From Azolla caroliniana (taxonomy: Eukaryota > Plantae > Polypodiophyta), in assembly GCA_043228905.1 (NCBI GenBank), contig JBHGNT010000002.1:15748001-15812000 (forward strand): DNA of 64,000 bases, written 5' to 3'. The notes under the pieces were generated by a model. It made no database searches and was not told the DNA's origin. It saw only the letters and a list, made by a program, of their open reading frames with translations. Shown here one piece after another: positions 49,870-62,750 of this stretch (the stretch's first letter is position 1; each line of letters opens with the position of its first letter). The position numbers were made by a program, and so were the translations under genes.

Positions 49870-52800
49870 TTTAGATGGCATAATGTATACTTTGAGTATT
49901 TTTGAGGCATAATGTATACCTTGACTTGATATTGTTTTTGTTTATGAGAACAAAAGTAATCGTTTACCATTTAATTTTATTCACCCGTTCATAATTTCAC
50001 TATTTAATCATTTTTTGAACTGTAATTTGTATATACATATGATTGGTCACCATGCTCTTCTCCAGTTTGGGGTATTAACATGATATTATACTTTCCCATT
50101 TCTCCTAGCATGATTATATACATGAACTTGTGAATGTTCTTGATAAAAAATGGTTTTCTGTTTGCTATGTTCCAAGTCTGTTGGTTTCAAATATTATAAA
50201 TGAACGTGGTACATAATTGTTACTCTTACCAATTACATTGTGATGGATTATATGACATTATACAACGAAACTATCGATATACCCGTCCAACAAGTGGGGG
50301 ACTACTTTTTTCCTCAACCCTAAACCACAGATTAACAGTTATGGTTTATGTAGTTTTACTCTACAATTTGAATATGGATACCAAATAAAGATGTTTAATA
50401 TTCAACCTAATATTCAATTGTACTCCAGGATATACAAATTGACACGAAAACAAGACGTATACAATTCACCAAATGCTTGGATTTTATTTGGTTCTATATT
50501 TCACCATCCATTCGCAAAATAGGTACGCATGCATTGTACATTTTCGAAATCATGCTAAATTAGGATACTTGTCTGCATCTCACCAACTATGGCAAAAGAG
50601 AATACGACATATTACCTGTTTCAAATGACCCGGTGTTCAAGATCTTCAACCCATCAACAAGGTGACAATTCGAAATGCTGGAATCGGTCCGAGCGTGGAC
50701 GAATTTGTCGAGGCGTTTGCGGGTCGGTCCATCTACTCCATTGGCGATCTCTACTCCAGATATGACCAATTCCAGTTGGCAATCGACAGTCGTGACATTA
50801 CGACCATGAGGACTCCGATCGGGCTCGTGCAGATGTGTACCTTACCTCAAGGTGCAACGAACTCGGTGGCTCATATGGTGAATGCCATGAACAAGGTCTT
50901 GAAGGATTGCATCCCGGACATCACGATGCCATTCTTGGATGATATTTCGATAAAAGGATGTTCGGATGAGGAGAAAGATGAATCGAAAGATAAGGAAGGG
51001 TGTAGAAAGTTCGTCGCAGATCATATGAAAGATTGCGAGAAGGTGCTTCAAAGGCTCGAAGATGTGAATTTGACATTTTCGGGAGAAAAATCCACATTCG
51101 GGCAACCAGAGATCTTGGTGGTAGGTCACTTGTGTGGAGCATATGGCTGGAAGCCTTCACCATCCAAGGTGAACGCGATCCAGGACATGAAAGAAGAATG
51201 CGTAAACCAAACGGAGGTTCGAAGGTTCCTTGAAGCATGCACGTTTTATCATATCTAGATTCCGCACTACGCTCATGTCGCCGAGCCATTATATGGATTA
51301 CTAAAGAAAAGAATGAAGTTCGAATGGCGAAGCGAGCATACAAACGCGATGCGAAGATTGAAGAAACTGCTTCTTGAAGCTCCAACACTAAGAAAGGCCG
51401 ACTATACTGAAGGGAAGCCGATTTATGTGACTGTAGATACGAGCCCAACCGGAATCGGATGGGTCATCAATCAAGGAGGAGAAGATAATGCGTGGTATGC
51501 CATCCGGTTCGGAGCAAAGGTTCTCAGCGAACGACAACAAAGATACGCCCAAGTCAAGCGGGAACTTTGGGGTATTGTGTCTACAGTGAAGACGGAGAAA
51601 GACTACCTGATCGGGTCGGAAGTGATAATAGAGACCGATTGTCTCCCAATACTCGGAATGATCTCAGGATGTGCGACACTGGATCTAGCTATGCTAAGGT
51701 GGATCGCTTATATGAAATCTTTAAACCAAGAGATCCGCCACATTGCAGGAAAGAAGAACACCATGGCTAACATGCTGTCGAGGGCAAGATTTGAGAATGA
51801 GGGTGACATGGTTTCGGAAGATGAAGACATCACCCTCGACTTCTTCAAGATGGCTCAACTATCGACAAAAGACAAGGACACGCTAACCCTCCACACCTTC
51901 AACGAGGACAAGTACGAAGGAGAGTGGTTACTGATCGGCCGATTCCTAAAAACAATGACGGCGGATGCTTCGTTGACAAAGGAGGAGGCCCTATGAATAC
52001 GGAAGAAAGCTTACCAATACTTCTTGAAGGGAGGCTTCCTTTGGCAACACCCAAAAAGAAGGCCAGGAATACCACGTCGAGTGGTGGTGAAGAAAGAAGA
52101 GCAAGTGATGCTGATGACCGAATTCCACGAGAGTCCTTGGGCAGGTCATAGAGGAACCTGGGCGACATTTGAAAAGTTGAAGGAGAAGTACTGGTGGCCA
52201 AGCATGTACAAAGATGTACTCCATTTCGTGTCCAGATGCGAAACTTGCCAAGTACATTCCAACATACGTCATCGTGATGAGCTATGACCGACATACCCGC
52301 TCACCATACACTTCAAATGGATTGTGGATCTAGTCTCAATGCCAATGGGAGTGGGACAAATGAAGTACTTAGCTCTGGCAAGAGAAGACGTGACAAATCA
52401 AGTGGAAGGACGAGCCTTGAAAAATAAGATGACGTCGGCTGTTTGCAAATTTCTACTCGAAGAGGTTGTTTGCCGATACAGATGTGTGGGAAAGATAGTC
52501 GTCTACCAAGGGGAGTTGGATGCACACGAAGCAACAGAGCTTTTCGAACGACTAGGCGTGAAGCTCTCCCTCACAATTGCCTACAATCCAGAAGCAAATG
52601 GAAAGATCGAGCGAGGGCATGGACCTATCGTCAAAGCCATCGTACGAGCATGCAATGGTTGAGTCGGGAATTGGCCACGACTATTGCCCTATGGCTTGTG
52701 GGCTAACAGAACAACACACATCTCGGTGACAGGGTATATGCCAACGGAGCTTATGTATGGACAAAAGCTGGTAATGCCCATCGAAAGGACGATTGCCTCA

Positions 52801-55550
52801 TGGGTAGCGATATCATGGGAGAACAAGATGAGCCAAGAAGAGTTATTAGCGGCACGAATAAGGAAACTTGAAAGAAGACCTAAAGATCTAGAAAAAGCAT
52901 GAAAGATGATGGAGGCAGCCCGAGTGAAGAACAAAATTCGGTTCGACAAGAAGCATCGACTGTGTCCCAAGAAGATCAAAGAAGGAGATTGGGTATTGGT
53001 CTACGACAACAGCCTTGACAATCAACACAGTACAACAAGAAAGTTTGCAAGAAGATGGTTCAGACTGTATGTGCTAACAAGTACTAACGACAATGCCACA
53101 TACCATCTTGCGGAGCTAGATGGATCAAGGTTGGTCATACCCATTGCGGGAAAAAGTGTAAAGATTTTCAAGAAAAGACAAGACGAGAATATTGACCTCG
53201 ATCACCTCGACGATTAAGATAGTAGGACGGATGTAAATGAGGACGTGGAAGAATCTGATTGATCACTGTAGCCAAAATCTTGCACTCTCTCTTCTTGGCA
53301 CGTACCAGAGGACGTGCGGTTTGATGGGGGTGGATGTCGTGAAGATTTTTGGCGATAGTGTGAAACTTGTGAGGAACATACGAAATCGAGTGTGGTTCTT
53401 CTCACAAAATATAAAACAATAATAGTGAAGATACTATTTTAAATAAGTTTAATATCTTGGTACAAAAACATGGAGGTCTTGAAGAGCTTTTGAATGCACT
53501 TTGCTACATAACAAACAGACATCTAAGTATCAAGTTATGTGGGTATGAAGTTTGCAAAGAAAAAGAGAAAAATAAAAAATTATGAGATATCCCACATAGA
53601 CAGGACAAATAAGGATCTCACCATATATAAGGCAAAGCAAAAGCTATTATCTTTGTGTTTATGTGTGGAGAATAGAAAGGATAAGTTGAATGACTTGATG
53701 AATGTATGTAGCCAAGTTCATTGGTTTTGGACAGCGATGGAGCCGGAATTGGACAAACCGACGACGATCGGATGGTGACGGCATCCGGCAACCGGAATCC
53801 AGCATCCAGCGACCTCGACATCGGGATGCGGACCGAACTGGCTCAGGATGCATCGACTGGCCACGTAATCGGCATTTGGTGACCGGCGACGGATCCGGCA
53901 ACCGGCGACTGACCGGTGTTGGCAAACCCGGTTACTGGCATCCGACGACCTCATGATGTGGACCGAACCGGGCCAGACCGAATGGATCGGTCGGGTCGGT
54001 TGATCGCGGTGCATGGTGTTTTAAAGATATTTGGTCCAAAAGCCTAATAGTATTTTGTGCTTTAAAAGATATGTAACCAAGACTTGAACCTTGTACCTCT
54101 AAGGTAAAAAGCAATATATTTACCACTAAGCCAAGTCATTTCCTTAAAGTTGTATTTTTATCATTATAGTTTTACTTGAAAAATTCTCATATGAGAGCTT
54201 AAATGAGTGACATGGTTATCATGCATCACATGTAACGCATGAGCGCCAAATGGCAAACATGCATCATGCATTTCATGCATGTCTTGTACCCCACATGCAT
54301 CATATGCATGGGGGCATCTATAAAAGAGTGGATGAAAAAGAAAAACAAGCTATGTATGATTCAAGAATTTAAGGAGAAGAAAATTTGTTATCCAATTGAT
54401 GGTGTATCTAAAGTCAAGTGTTCAATTTTAATCTTTCTCTCTATCTCTCTCTCTCGCCATATCAATCTCTCTCTTTCAATCTATCTTAAATACTTTCTCG
54501 CTAAACTAGTGCAAACTTCGAATCCTTCCGGTCCAAGACCCCGATGGTTCCGCATCACGATCTGCACATAGTGATGGATCTTCACAACAGTGAGGGAGGT
54601 GGGAGGATGCCATGAGTCGAACGGAAGAACCATCAGATATTGACACCATGATCCAACCTCAAGTTGAGCTTGAGGGGGAGTGTTGAGCAGACAAGCTCAA
54701 CTGGATCCGGATCGCCTGATTAAGCCAAAGCCGGATTGGTATTCAGAATGGAGAACCGGACAAGTATCTGGATCAGTATCCGGAACCAAGAGCCGGATCG
54801 GAGAATCAGATCAGAGTGTAATTGGTAGTTCATAAGAGGCCTACGATCGTAGCCTAGTACGTAGGCATATTTCTTGGAGTTAGTGACAGTCGCTCGTATG
54901 AGCATTGAAGTACATGTCAGTACTTTTGTTAGTCCTTTTAAGAAGTTGTATAAAAGTGCTCACTGAGCACATTGTATGTACAGTGTACACAGAGAGTATT
55001 ATTATTGAAATTGAGTTTTATGCTATTCTACTCTCTCGGTCTCGTGTACACTGTATGTTCCAAGCTCTCCATTAAACTTGTGTTTGTTTTCTGTTGCTAT
55101 CTGGTGAAGCCGGGTTCTGTCTACAAGATTCCACACTTTCACTTTCACAACTAGTTTAGTAGGTAGTTATATTTTTTTGGAGTTAGTGTCAATAGCTCAG
55201 TTATGAGCATTGAAGTACTTGTCAGTACTTCTAACCGTGCTTTGAGGACTTGTATAAAATTGTTCTCTAAGCACATTGTCTCCCGCATTCTGTGTGTTCT
55301 TCCATTGTTTTCTCTTTGTTTTCATTGTTGTTGTCCGGTTGAGCCGGTTGTGGTCTGTCTTAGCTTCCGCGCATAAATCTTTTTATATGTACAGAGCATA
55401 TTATTGTTTTGAATTGAGTTTCAATCTTTTGCTCTCTCTGTCTCTCCCACTCTCCATGAGGCATCTCTATGTTTTCTTAAGCTCTGTTTTCTATTGCTGT
55501 CCAGCTGAGCCAGTTGTGTTTTGTTTAGCTTCCGTACGTAAATCTTTTCA

Positions 55551-57800
55551 AAGTTTCCAAATGCATGCAAAATTTTCTTCTTTGCTAGAAGTCAAGTCCT
55601 TTTTTACTCATGTGCCCAAGTCTCTTGTGCCATAGCTCAATAGGGACAATGTTCTTGTTAGCTACATTTACCTCTTTGCTAGACACCATAGCATGCATAA
55701 GGTATATGGAACCTAGTTTTTGACATTTTGCAATTATTAGAGAGCCTTTGGTCAGCGTTCATCTTTCTTCACCAAAGTAATTTGAAAAACCCTCATCATC
55801 AATCTTACATGCAAAAATGATTGTCCACCTAATATCCGAAATATGGCTAACATCTTTCAATACAAGTTTACAACTTGTGTATGTGGCCAAAATGACATTC
55901 CCTATGCCAACAACCTCCGTCACACCTAGATCATCATTTTGACTCTACCAAAGTTACCACCAACACATGATGTAAAAATCTCTCGATATGGGGTAATACG
56001 ATACGAGGCTCTCCAGTCAATAATCCAATCAGTTTGTTGGGATGCTAAACTGACACAAACATCATCATAGACAATGATAATTTCACCATCACATGTGGTT
56101 GTTGTAGGGTGATTTTTCTTGTTGTCAAAGGTTCCATTCTTTTGGTTTAACCTCTTCTTTCTATAATCTCATTTGTAGTGATTTGGACCACCACAATACT
56201 GATACGAAAAATCTTTCTTAGAATCTTTCTTATTTCTAGATTTAAAGTCCCCCTTAGAGTTATTTCTAATACTTTGTGGACCCTGAGTATGACTTCTTTC
56301 TCTATTTGAGGTATTTTTTGTGACTAGGGCTTTATGCTCAAAATTGGAATCATGATCCTTTCCTCATGCTTCTTCATTAAGAAGACTAGACTTATACCCA
56401 ATGTTAGCTTTACGTGTGTTGCGGAATTTCCAAGTGTCACCACAAGTGTTTCCCAACTATCTGGGAGAGAGCCTTGCAATAATAAAGCCAATACTTCATC
56501 TGCTAGAGGTATGTCTAAAGAGACAGTTTGATTGATCAACCCTTTAAATACATTTAGGTGCTTTGCCATACTAGAGTCATTCCGATATCTTAATCTTACA
56601 ATCTTTCTAAATGCAGAAACTCTATTCAAAGAATTCTTAGTTTCAAACATACTCTCAATTTTCTTCCACAATACATTTGCTTTGGTTTCATCATCAAAGT
56701 TATTATATAAACTCATGTCAATGAAACATCGTATATATGCAGTTTTTTTAATGCATGCCTTCCCAAGTTGATGCATCAACATTTTTTGATATTGCGATAA
56801 CACATTGTACCGACAACCACAAATCCTTGCATAATAACGGATCCATCATTTTGGACTTCCATACTAAATAGTTGGGTCCATTCAACTTAAGCATCCCACC
56901 AATGGATTCATCCATTTCTAATATTACGGACGATATGAACCTCGGCTCTAATACCACTTGTAGGGAAAAAAGTCATCAAAAAGACAAACACACAACAAAA
57001 TGAAATCATTTCTTATTCTCATAATTTTCATTGATTAGAGATGGGAATGAAATTATGAATAAAACCCTATTGCATTGAGGCATACTTGTCTTACAAAATG
57101 ATTGAGAATATCAAGATCCAAAAATTTCTTCACCATCACGGTGGAATCATTGAACCATCAAGTGTATAGCAAACTTGGTTTCAAGTGAAAACATTTTCAC
57201 CATACACATGGAAGCAAAGAATATTGACATTGGTGGATGTTTGGAGCACATCTCCTTCCAATTACATCAAAATATACCACCCTTCAATATCTTTTTCTTG
57301 TTGTCTTGGTTCTACCTTGATGTAGCACTCGGAAGGTAGGAAGATTTACCTATACGTGTGAGAAGTGCGTGAAATAGATGGAGAAGAGAAGTCATCCACA
57401 AATAACAAAAGTGGGTTGCGATGCTCTTTGAGATTAGCAATGTCTCAAGCTTCCTTCACTTCTGTCCCTTGTGTTCTTTTGATTTATCTCTCTCTCTCTC
57501 TCCCTCTCTATTTTTCCATAAGTCTCTTTGTTTTGTAAGTTGTTTTCACTCTCAGTGTTTTTGTGATTTTTTTCAACCAAAAAGAAGAAAGGGTTCTTGT
57601 TTCTTTTATTTTCTTACTCTACCCCTTGGCAATGGCATATGAATAATAAGTAAAAAACAGTGCAACAGTTACACAAATAGCCCCTACCTTTTTACTTATC
57701 ACCGTTTAGTTGTGGGTTCCACTTAGAGTTGAAAAACCCCCACACTTGCACCTGTGCATTTCCATTTGCGCAAGCAATTGACCTTGGTTTGAATCTACTA
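55551..57800 (-). mobile_element. Copia-E 5' portion (5' LTR, PBS, gag-protease), interrupted by Copia-A1
   Basis: MDESIGGMLKLNGPNY..LPDSWETLVVTL is homologous to Copia-1 gag. PBS at 56945-56956 (TGGTATTAGAGC). LTR boundary at 56959; outer end uncertain. Confidence 0.75.
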
Positions 57801-59726
57801 CAATAGCCTCAAGTTGATCTTGGTTCAAATGGAATACAATTTGATGGTTTATCTTACTCGACACAGTTGTCACTTTTCTTTTCAAAACCGCATCTTGAAG
57901 AACTACAACTAATTCAACTAAACTTAAAAGTGTCCAACATGCCCAATTGGATTATCCAGCAGTTTCTAGGTAGGCATGACCAACTTGCAACCTTTTTTAG
58001 AATTGGACTTTGTATGGTTTCTTTGCAAAGATCTGGCGTAATTCTTATGAAGTGCCTTAGTTCGGTTCATGTCAATGTATTGAACTCGATGACATATATT
58101 GTGTATGAACACATAGTCCTTGGTGCATCTGTGTGCAAGGTCTTGCCCTTGTAAGAAATGGATGGGAGATACCTTTACATTAAATGAAATTGGTAATTTT
58201 AATATACCACTCACTCTACCATCAATACATATTGGCGCAAACATTTTATGTTAATACACATAGAATGTTCAATGGAAGTCAAGGTCCCCCCTATTGTTGT
58301 ATCGAATGTCAAATTTTTTATTCATAGTTGACTTAGTCTTGACTTCTTTGTAGTTTTATTATTACGTAATCATCGCCCCCATTGCTAATACATTCTCTTT
58401 GGGTTTTTGGAAAAAAAATAAAAATACATTCTCAAGAGCAAGCATATAAATAAACAACGTGTATTATCTTTCTCTTTTTTCTCTAGCACATTAATTTTAT
58501 TAACATACAATGGAAACACTCATGTGGTTATCACAACCTACCATTGGAACTACTGGCCGGGTAGTCTGTAGATATAAGCCCATTGACGTTTTACTAGTAT
58601 ACAAAGGAAACACTCATGTGGTTATCACGACCTACCGTCGAATGGAATGGCCGCATAGATGTAAGCATGTCAATGTTTCTTCTAGAGCAACACTTTTTTA
58701 GTGCACACACATCATGGTCGTCTGGGTAGGCACGTTTATTAAATGTCATGGATGGATTGGATTGTTGTAAATCCAATTTATAGGTAAGGTAACAACTACC
58801 TTACTTATCCACTTATACTTATAGTTAGTATCTTTGTAGCCACGTTGGATGGAAACAACTTTGTGTTGTATGTCATACATGAAAATTTGACAACATTGTT
58901 AGTTCTCTATGGTAGTTTATTATCGACGTTTAAATGTGGGTTTCTTTTTCACATGAAACACATCAGTATTCATTGCGCCACAAATTCTATCTGCATTTTG
59001 CCATCGGCTATTAAATCCTATAAACTTGTACTTGTGGCAATGACTCAAGGAGCTAAAATGGTTGCCTCTTGTTAAAGGACAGGATGGGGGGCAGGGCTAA
59101 CGAAAGCTAATCTAGCATTTTATACCCATAAATGAAATATACAAATTTAGGAATGAAGCTTGCATGAATATAAAAGTAATCAGATTTGAGTGCCTTCAAA
59201 TAGGTGAGACGTAAGACTGGGAAATAAGACAAGTAGCCAATGGGCAGTTGCCTGAAGTATACTAAGCATGCTGGAAATGTATAATCAATCACATTGAAAT
59301 ATGGTCGATGAGTTATATATATAATCATAGTTGAAATATTTGAAGTGGGGGCAAAGGATTTAATCATCCAATCTATAGTTTCCTGATGATATCCGTTCTC
59401 TTCTCTTCTGTATGGAGAGTGCGTGATGTAGGGTGGTGGTGATGGCAAGAAAATGAAGGGAGGGAGAGAGTAAAGAGGCTGTGATATGGATGGAGCAGCC
59501 GTGAAGGGTGTTGAGAACTTAACATTGTAATAATATGTAGTCACTGTATACTATGATGGCGTGTATGTGTATAAGTATGTGTGAATTTAAGACCTACAAC
59601 AACATGGTCATCTATTAAGAAGACTGATTCAACTGAGTAAGGAAGGAGTTCATGAATGAAGAAGGAATGAGTGAGTGAAATGTGTGGGTTGGATCCGCAG
59701 AAAGGAGGAGGAAGGGAAATATTGGA

Positions 59727-61589
59727 TCATGTGGTGCGCCTGGAGACTTTGAAAGAGAGCACAAGATAGCAGAGAAGGCGATAGGCTACGATGAAAGTGA
59801 GCATGATGGCTACGTTGGGCCATTTGGAGGATGGGGAGAGATGGAGCTGCTCTAGGATGCGAGGGCCAGTGAGGGAACAAACGAGAGCAGAAGGAGAAGA
59901 AGGAGAAGGGAGAAGGGGCCCAAAACAAAGGGATGGGGAGGAGGTGTACTCGTTGATGAGAAGGGCGTCGAGAGGGTACTTGAAGAGAGAGAGGTAGTGC
60001 ATGAACCTCCAGTAAGGCGGCATGTCTTGCGGCGAGATGAAGTAGCCGGAGAAGAGGAAGAAGGCGCCCATGCATCCGGAGATGAGGGAGTTGCCCATGA
60101 TGTAGTCGGGCACCAATGCCCCGAAGAAGGCGACGAAGGAGTTGGCCATCATGAGCACCATCCACACCACCCACACGAAGAAGATGAAGCCCCAGGCTGT
60201 GGGGCTGAGGCCGATGAGGAAATAGACTGGGATGGAGTAGAGGATGGCCACCAGCATGAGGAATGGCATGAACACCGCCACATTCGCCAGCATGTACGAC
60301 GACACCCTGTATGCCCCCCTCGACGTCTCCGCCACCACCACGCTCCTCTCCTGCAGGAAGATGGGCAATGCCTCCACTGTCGACGAGAGGAGGTACGTTA
60401 GCGTAAAGGCGAAGAAACCCAGCCGCTTGTGCACCCCCTCCTCGCCCCCCCCTGCGTTCATGTAGATGCTCCCCATCGCCAGCCCTCCTACGACCGCCTG
60501 TAGCGTCCTTGCCGTGAAGAGCTCGTGCGTCCGAAATATGTTCCGGCTAAAACGCTGTGACAGGATGCTTGCCTCCACGAGCATGCTGTTGGCAAAGCAC
60601 GGTGCCATTGACATCGACATCGACTGGTTGGAGGTCCAATACTGCTTCATGTTCCCATTGCTCGTGGCCGTGTTGAATGATTCTCCATCCCATGGATCCA
60701 TGGCAGCAGTATGATTGTCAGTGTCGGAGGTGATAATTGGGATATCAGTAGTTACAGTAGCCGTGGTGGTGGCGCTATTCGCCTTATTGGTGATGGCGGC
60801 CGCGTCGTTGTCATCGGAGGAAGAGAGCGCGTCGATCGCATACTCGAGCACGTTGACCTGTGGCGGAATGTGGTGACCCGAGTGCAGGAGGCAGAAGTGA
60901 AGGGAAGGCAGCGATCCGTGGTGGACTACAGATCCGTTGGCGAGAAGCAGAAAGGAGGAGATGTGCTGGATGATGCGGTAACTCGGCTGATGGATGCTCA
61001 GCACGATGGTCCTGCATCTGGACTTGGCCATGGCGTGGAGCATCTCGATGACGTGGAGGGCGGAGGCGCTGTCCAGACCGGAGGTGGGCTCGTCCAGCAG
61101 GAGGACGGCGGGGTCGTGGATGACGTCCACGCCGATGGACACCCTCCTCCGCTCGCCGCCCGAAACGCCCCGGCTCTCCTCGTTGCCCACCCTCGTCTCC
61201 GCCACGTGCTCCAGCTTCAGCTCCCGCAGCAGCTTCTCCACTCGCTTCTGCTTCTCGCTGCCGGAGACGCTCCTCCCCAGCCGTAGCCTGGCGCTGAAGT
61301 GCAGCGTTTCCCGGACGGTGAGTAAAGGGAAGAGCGCATCGGCCTGCGGGATAAAGCCCGACACGCGCCTGAAGGCGGAGACATTCATGGGCCGGCCGTT
61401 GACGAGGATGCTGTGGCCAGGAGGGCTGCTGCTGGTGGAGGAGGGCCGGATGCGGCCGGCCAGGACCTCCAGGAGAGTGGATTTCCCGGCCCCGCTCGGC
61501 CCAGCCACCGCCAATATCTCCCCGGCCTTGGCCACGCAGCTCACGTCTTTCAATATGAACTCCTTCCTCCGACTCATCACCATCGCAGG

Positions 61590-61624
<35 letters not shown>

Positions 61625-61958
61625 ATGCTTCTTCCTTGCTTCTTGACCACAACGTAGTGCAGCAGGAGTCGAGGAGGACGTGCCGGCGTGAACGAGGGAT
61701 CCGGTAGCACACATTGCGAGCCTCGATCTCGAAGACGTTGACACGGCAGGGGGCAGCCTGCTGTGATGAATCCACCACCAACCCCACCGGGAAAGCGCCA
61801 TTGCCTTTCTCAGATAATGATAATATTGGTTGTGGAGGTGGTGGCGATTCAGTGACCACAGCCACCTGGTTTGGCTTCAGTTTTGGCATGGTTTGGGTGC
61901 GTCCAAATTCATCCATTTGATGCTGCTGCTGCTGCTGCTGATGGTGGTGGTGAGACAT
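59727..61958 (-). CDS. Half-size ABC transporter G family protein (intronless; ABCG5/10/23-like group)
   Basis: 743-aa ORF with NBD before TMD. Walker A GPSGAGKS, signature VSGGERRRV, Walker B LLLDEPTSGLD, H-loop SIHQP, ABC2 membrane domain (QER..ETSRGAYRVSSY, LFSGYF). N-terminal poly-H/Q and poly-S. Confidence 0.96.
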
Positions 61959-62349
61959 GCTCCCTTCTTCTTCTGTTTATTCCTATTCTTATTATTATTA
62001 GAATGAATGAGGTGCGAAGAATAGCTTACAAGCTGTAAGAGGAGGAGGTATAGTAAGCAAATATGTATGTCGATGGAGGCAGGAATAGTGGTAGAGAAGC
62101 GCTCTTTATTTTGATCTGTTGCTTGATTTGTTATTATTTACTATGGTCGATCGATCTATCGATCATCATCCCATGCCTCCGTCCTGTCCTTATTTTTTGG
62201 GGGGTTGTATTTAGCCCACAAATCCAAAGAAAAAAAGGGCGCGGGGCCTCTCTCTCTCCGTCGTGGTTTGGTGTTTTGAAGGCCCTTCAAATTTGGCAAA
62301 ATCAAAGAGAGTTTGGTTTGGTTTAGTTCGGTGGGTGCCGCTGCGATCC

Positions 62350-62750
62350 GCTCTCTCTCTCTCTTCTCTCTCTCTGAGGACCCACCTTGACCTCTTGTGA
62401 CTGATGACTGGCTGGTCCCAAAATACTAAATAAATAATAAACAATAAAACAAATATTTGAAGTCTTACTATTCTTATCATTTGAGCTTTTTATTATTATT
62501 AATTTATTACTTATAAACAAAAGAGAAGAGTAAGTGTAGTTTCTGAAAAAGAAAGTGCGAGTCCCGACCCCTTGTGTGTGTGTCCATAAAAGCTCAAGCT
62601 GCTTTTATTATTTTCGAACTTCCATCAAAAACCATTGCCTCAAGAAGAAAAACCGAAACCAAATCTCATTTCCCATATTGACAATAAAAGAAAGAGAGAG
62701 AGAGAGAGAGACAGAGACAGAGAGTGTGTGTGTGTGTATGTGTGTGCGCA
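62350..62750. repeat. (CT)n, (GA)n and (GT)n microsatellites upstream of the ABCG gene
   Basis: CT run at 62351-62374; GA then GT runs at 62693-62746. Confidence 0.7.

Larger units (their letters stand above)
44221..50631. mobile_element. TIR DNA transposon (Sola2/DUF7869-like, tentative) with ParB-methyltransferase cargo
   Basis: Perfect 24-bp TIR TCATTTGAAACAGGTAATATGTCG at 44221-44244 and 50605-50628. The right end continues CCC. It interrupts G4 pol and holds two divergent genes. No TSD seen. Confidence 0.85.
38189..54589 (+). mobile_element. Gypsy G4, decayed full-length element
   Basis: LTRs 38189-~39385 (end and PBS deleted) and 53335-54589. TSD GCGA/GTGA. gag 39436-40740, PR 43205-43987 (ALIDHGSEIN), RT-RH-INT 50632-53220. 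Confidence 0.92.
32461..55149 (+). mobile_element. Copia-D, full-length decayed copia inserted in the A2 3' LTR
   Basis: LTRs 32461-32921 and 54681-55149. PBS TGGTATCAAAGC at 32922-32933. PPT at 54672-54680. Decayed TSD GTTAG/ACTAG (GCTAG in the copy at 8042). gag-pol remnants 33033-37650 (VDSGASNHM, YTPEQN, YVDN, TDVDW). Confidence 0.88.
5789..55385 (+). mobile_element. Copia-A2, internally deleted copia element hosting most of the nest
   Basis: 5' LTR 5789-6312. Degenerate PBS TGGTGTCAAAGC at 6313-6324. gag remnant 6419-6820 (EKLDRRNYASW) joined directly to the 3' region. PPT at 32277-32285. 3' LTR 32286-32460 plus 55155-55385. TSD TATGT at 5784-5788 and 55386-55390. Confidence 0.85.
57..55550 (+). 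mobile_element. 3' LTR of Copia-A1, split into 57-233, 5678-5788 and 55391-55550 by later insertions (element body lies left of the window)
   Basis: PPT GAGGGGGAG at 48-56, then TGTTGAG. The preceding frame ends EPQVELEGEC*. The pieces rejoin across TSDs ATATT and TATGT and end AAATCTTTTCA at 55550, like the A2 LTR end. Confidence 0.8.

Noticed and set aside
57840-59550. Short ORFs, a ~96-bp duplication (58510-58690) and a CTAG at ~59111 as a possible Helitron end
   Set aside because: No domain similarity, no convincing hairpin and no 5' boundary.
59650-61920. Alternative-frame and antisense ORFs over the ABCG gene
   Set aside because: Shadow ORFs caused by high GC at third codon positions.
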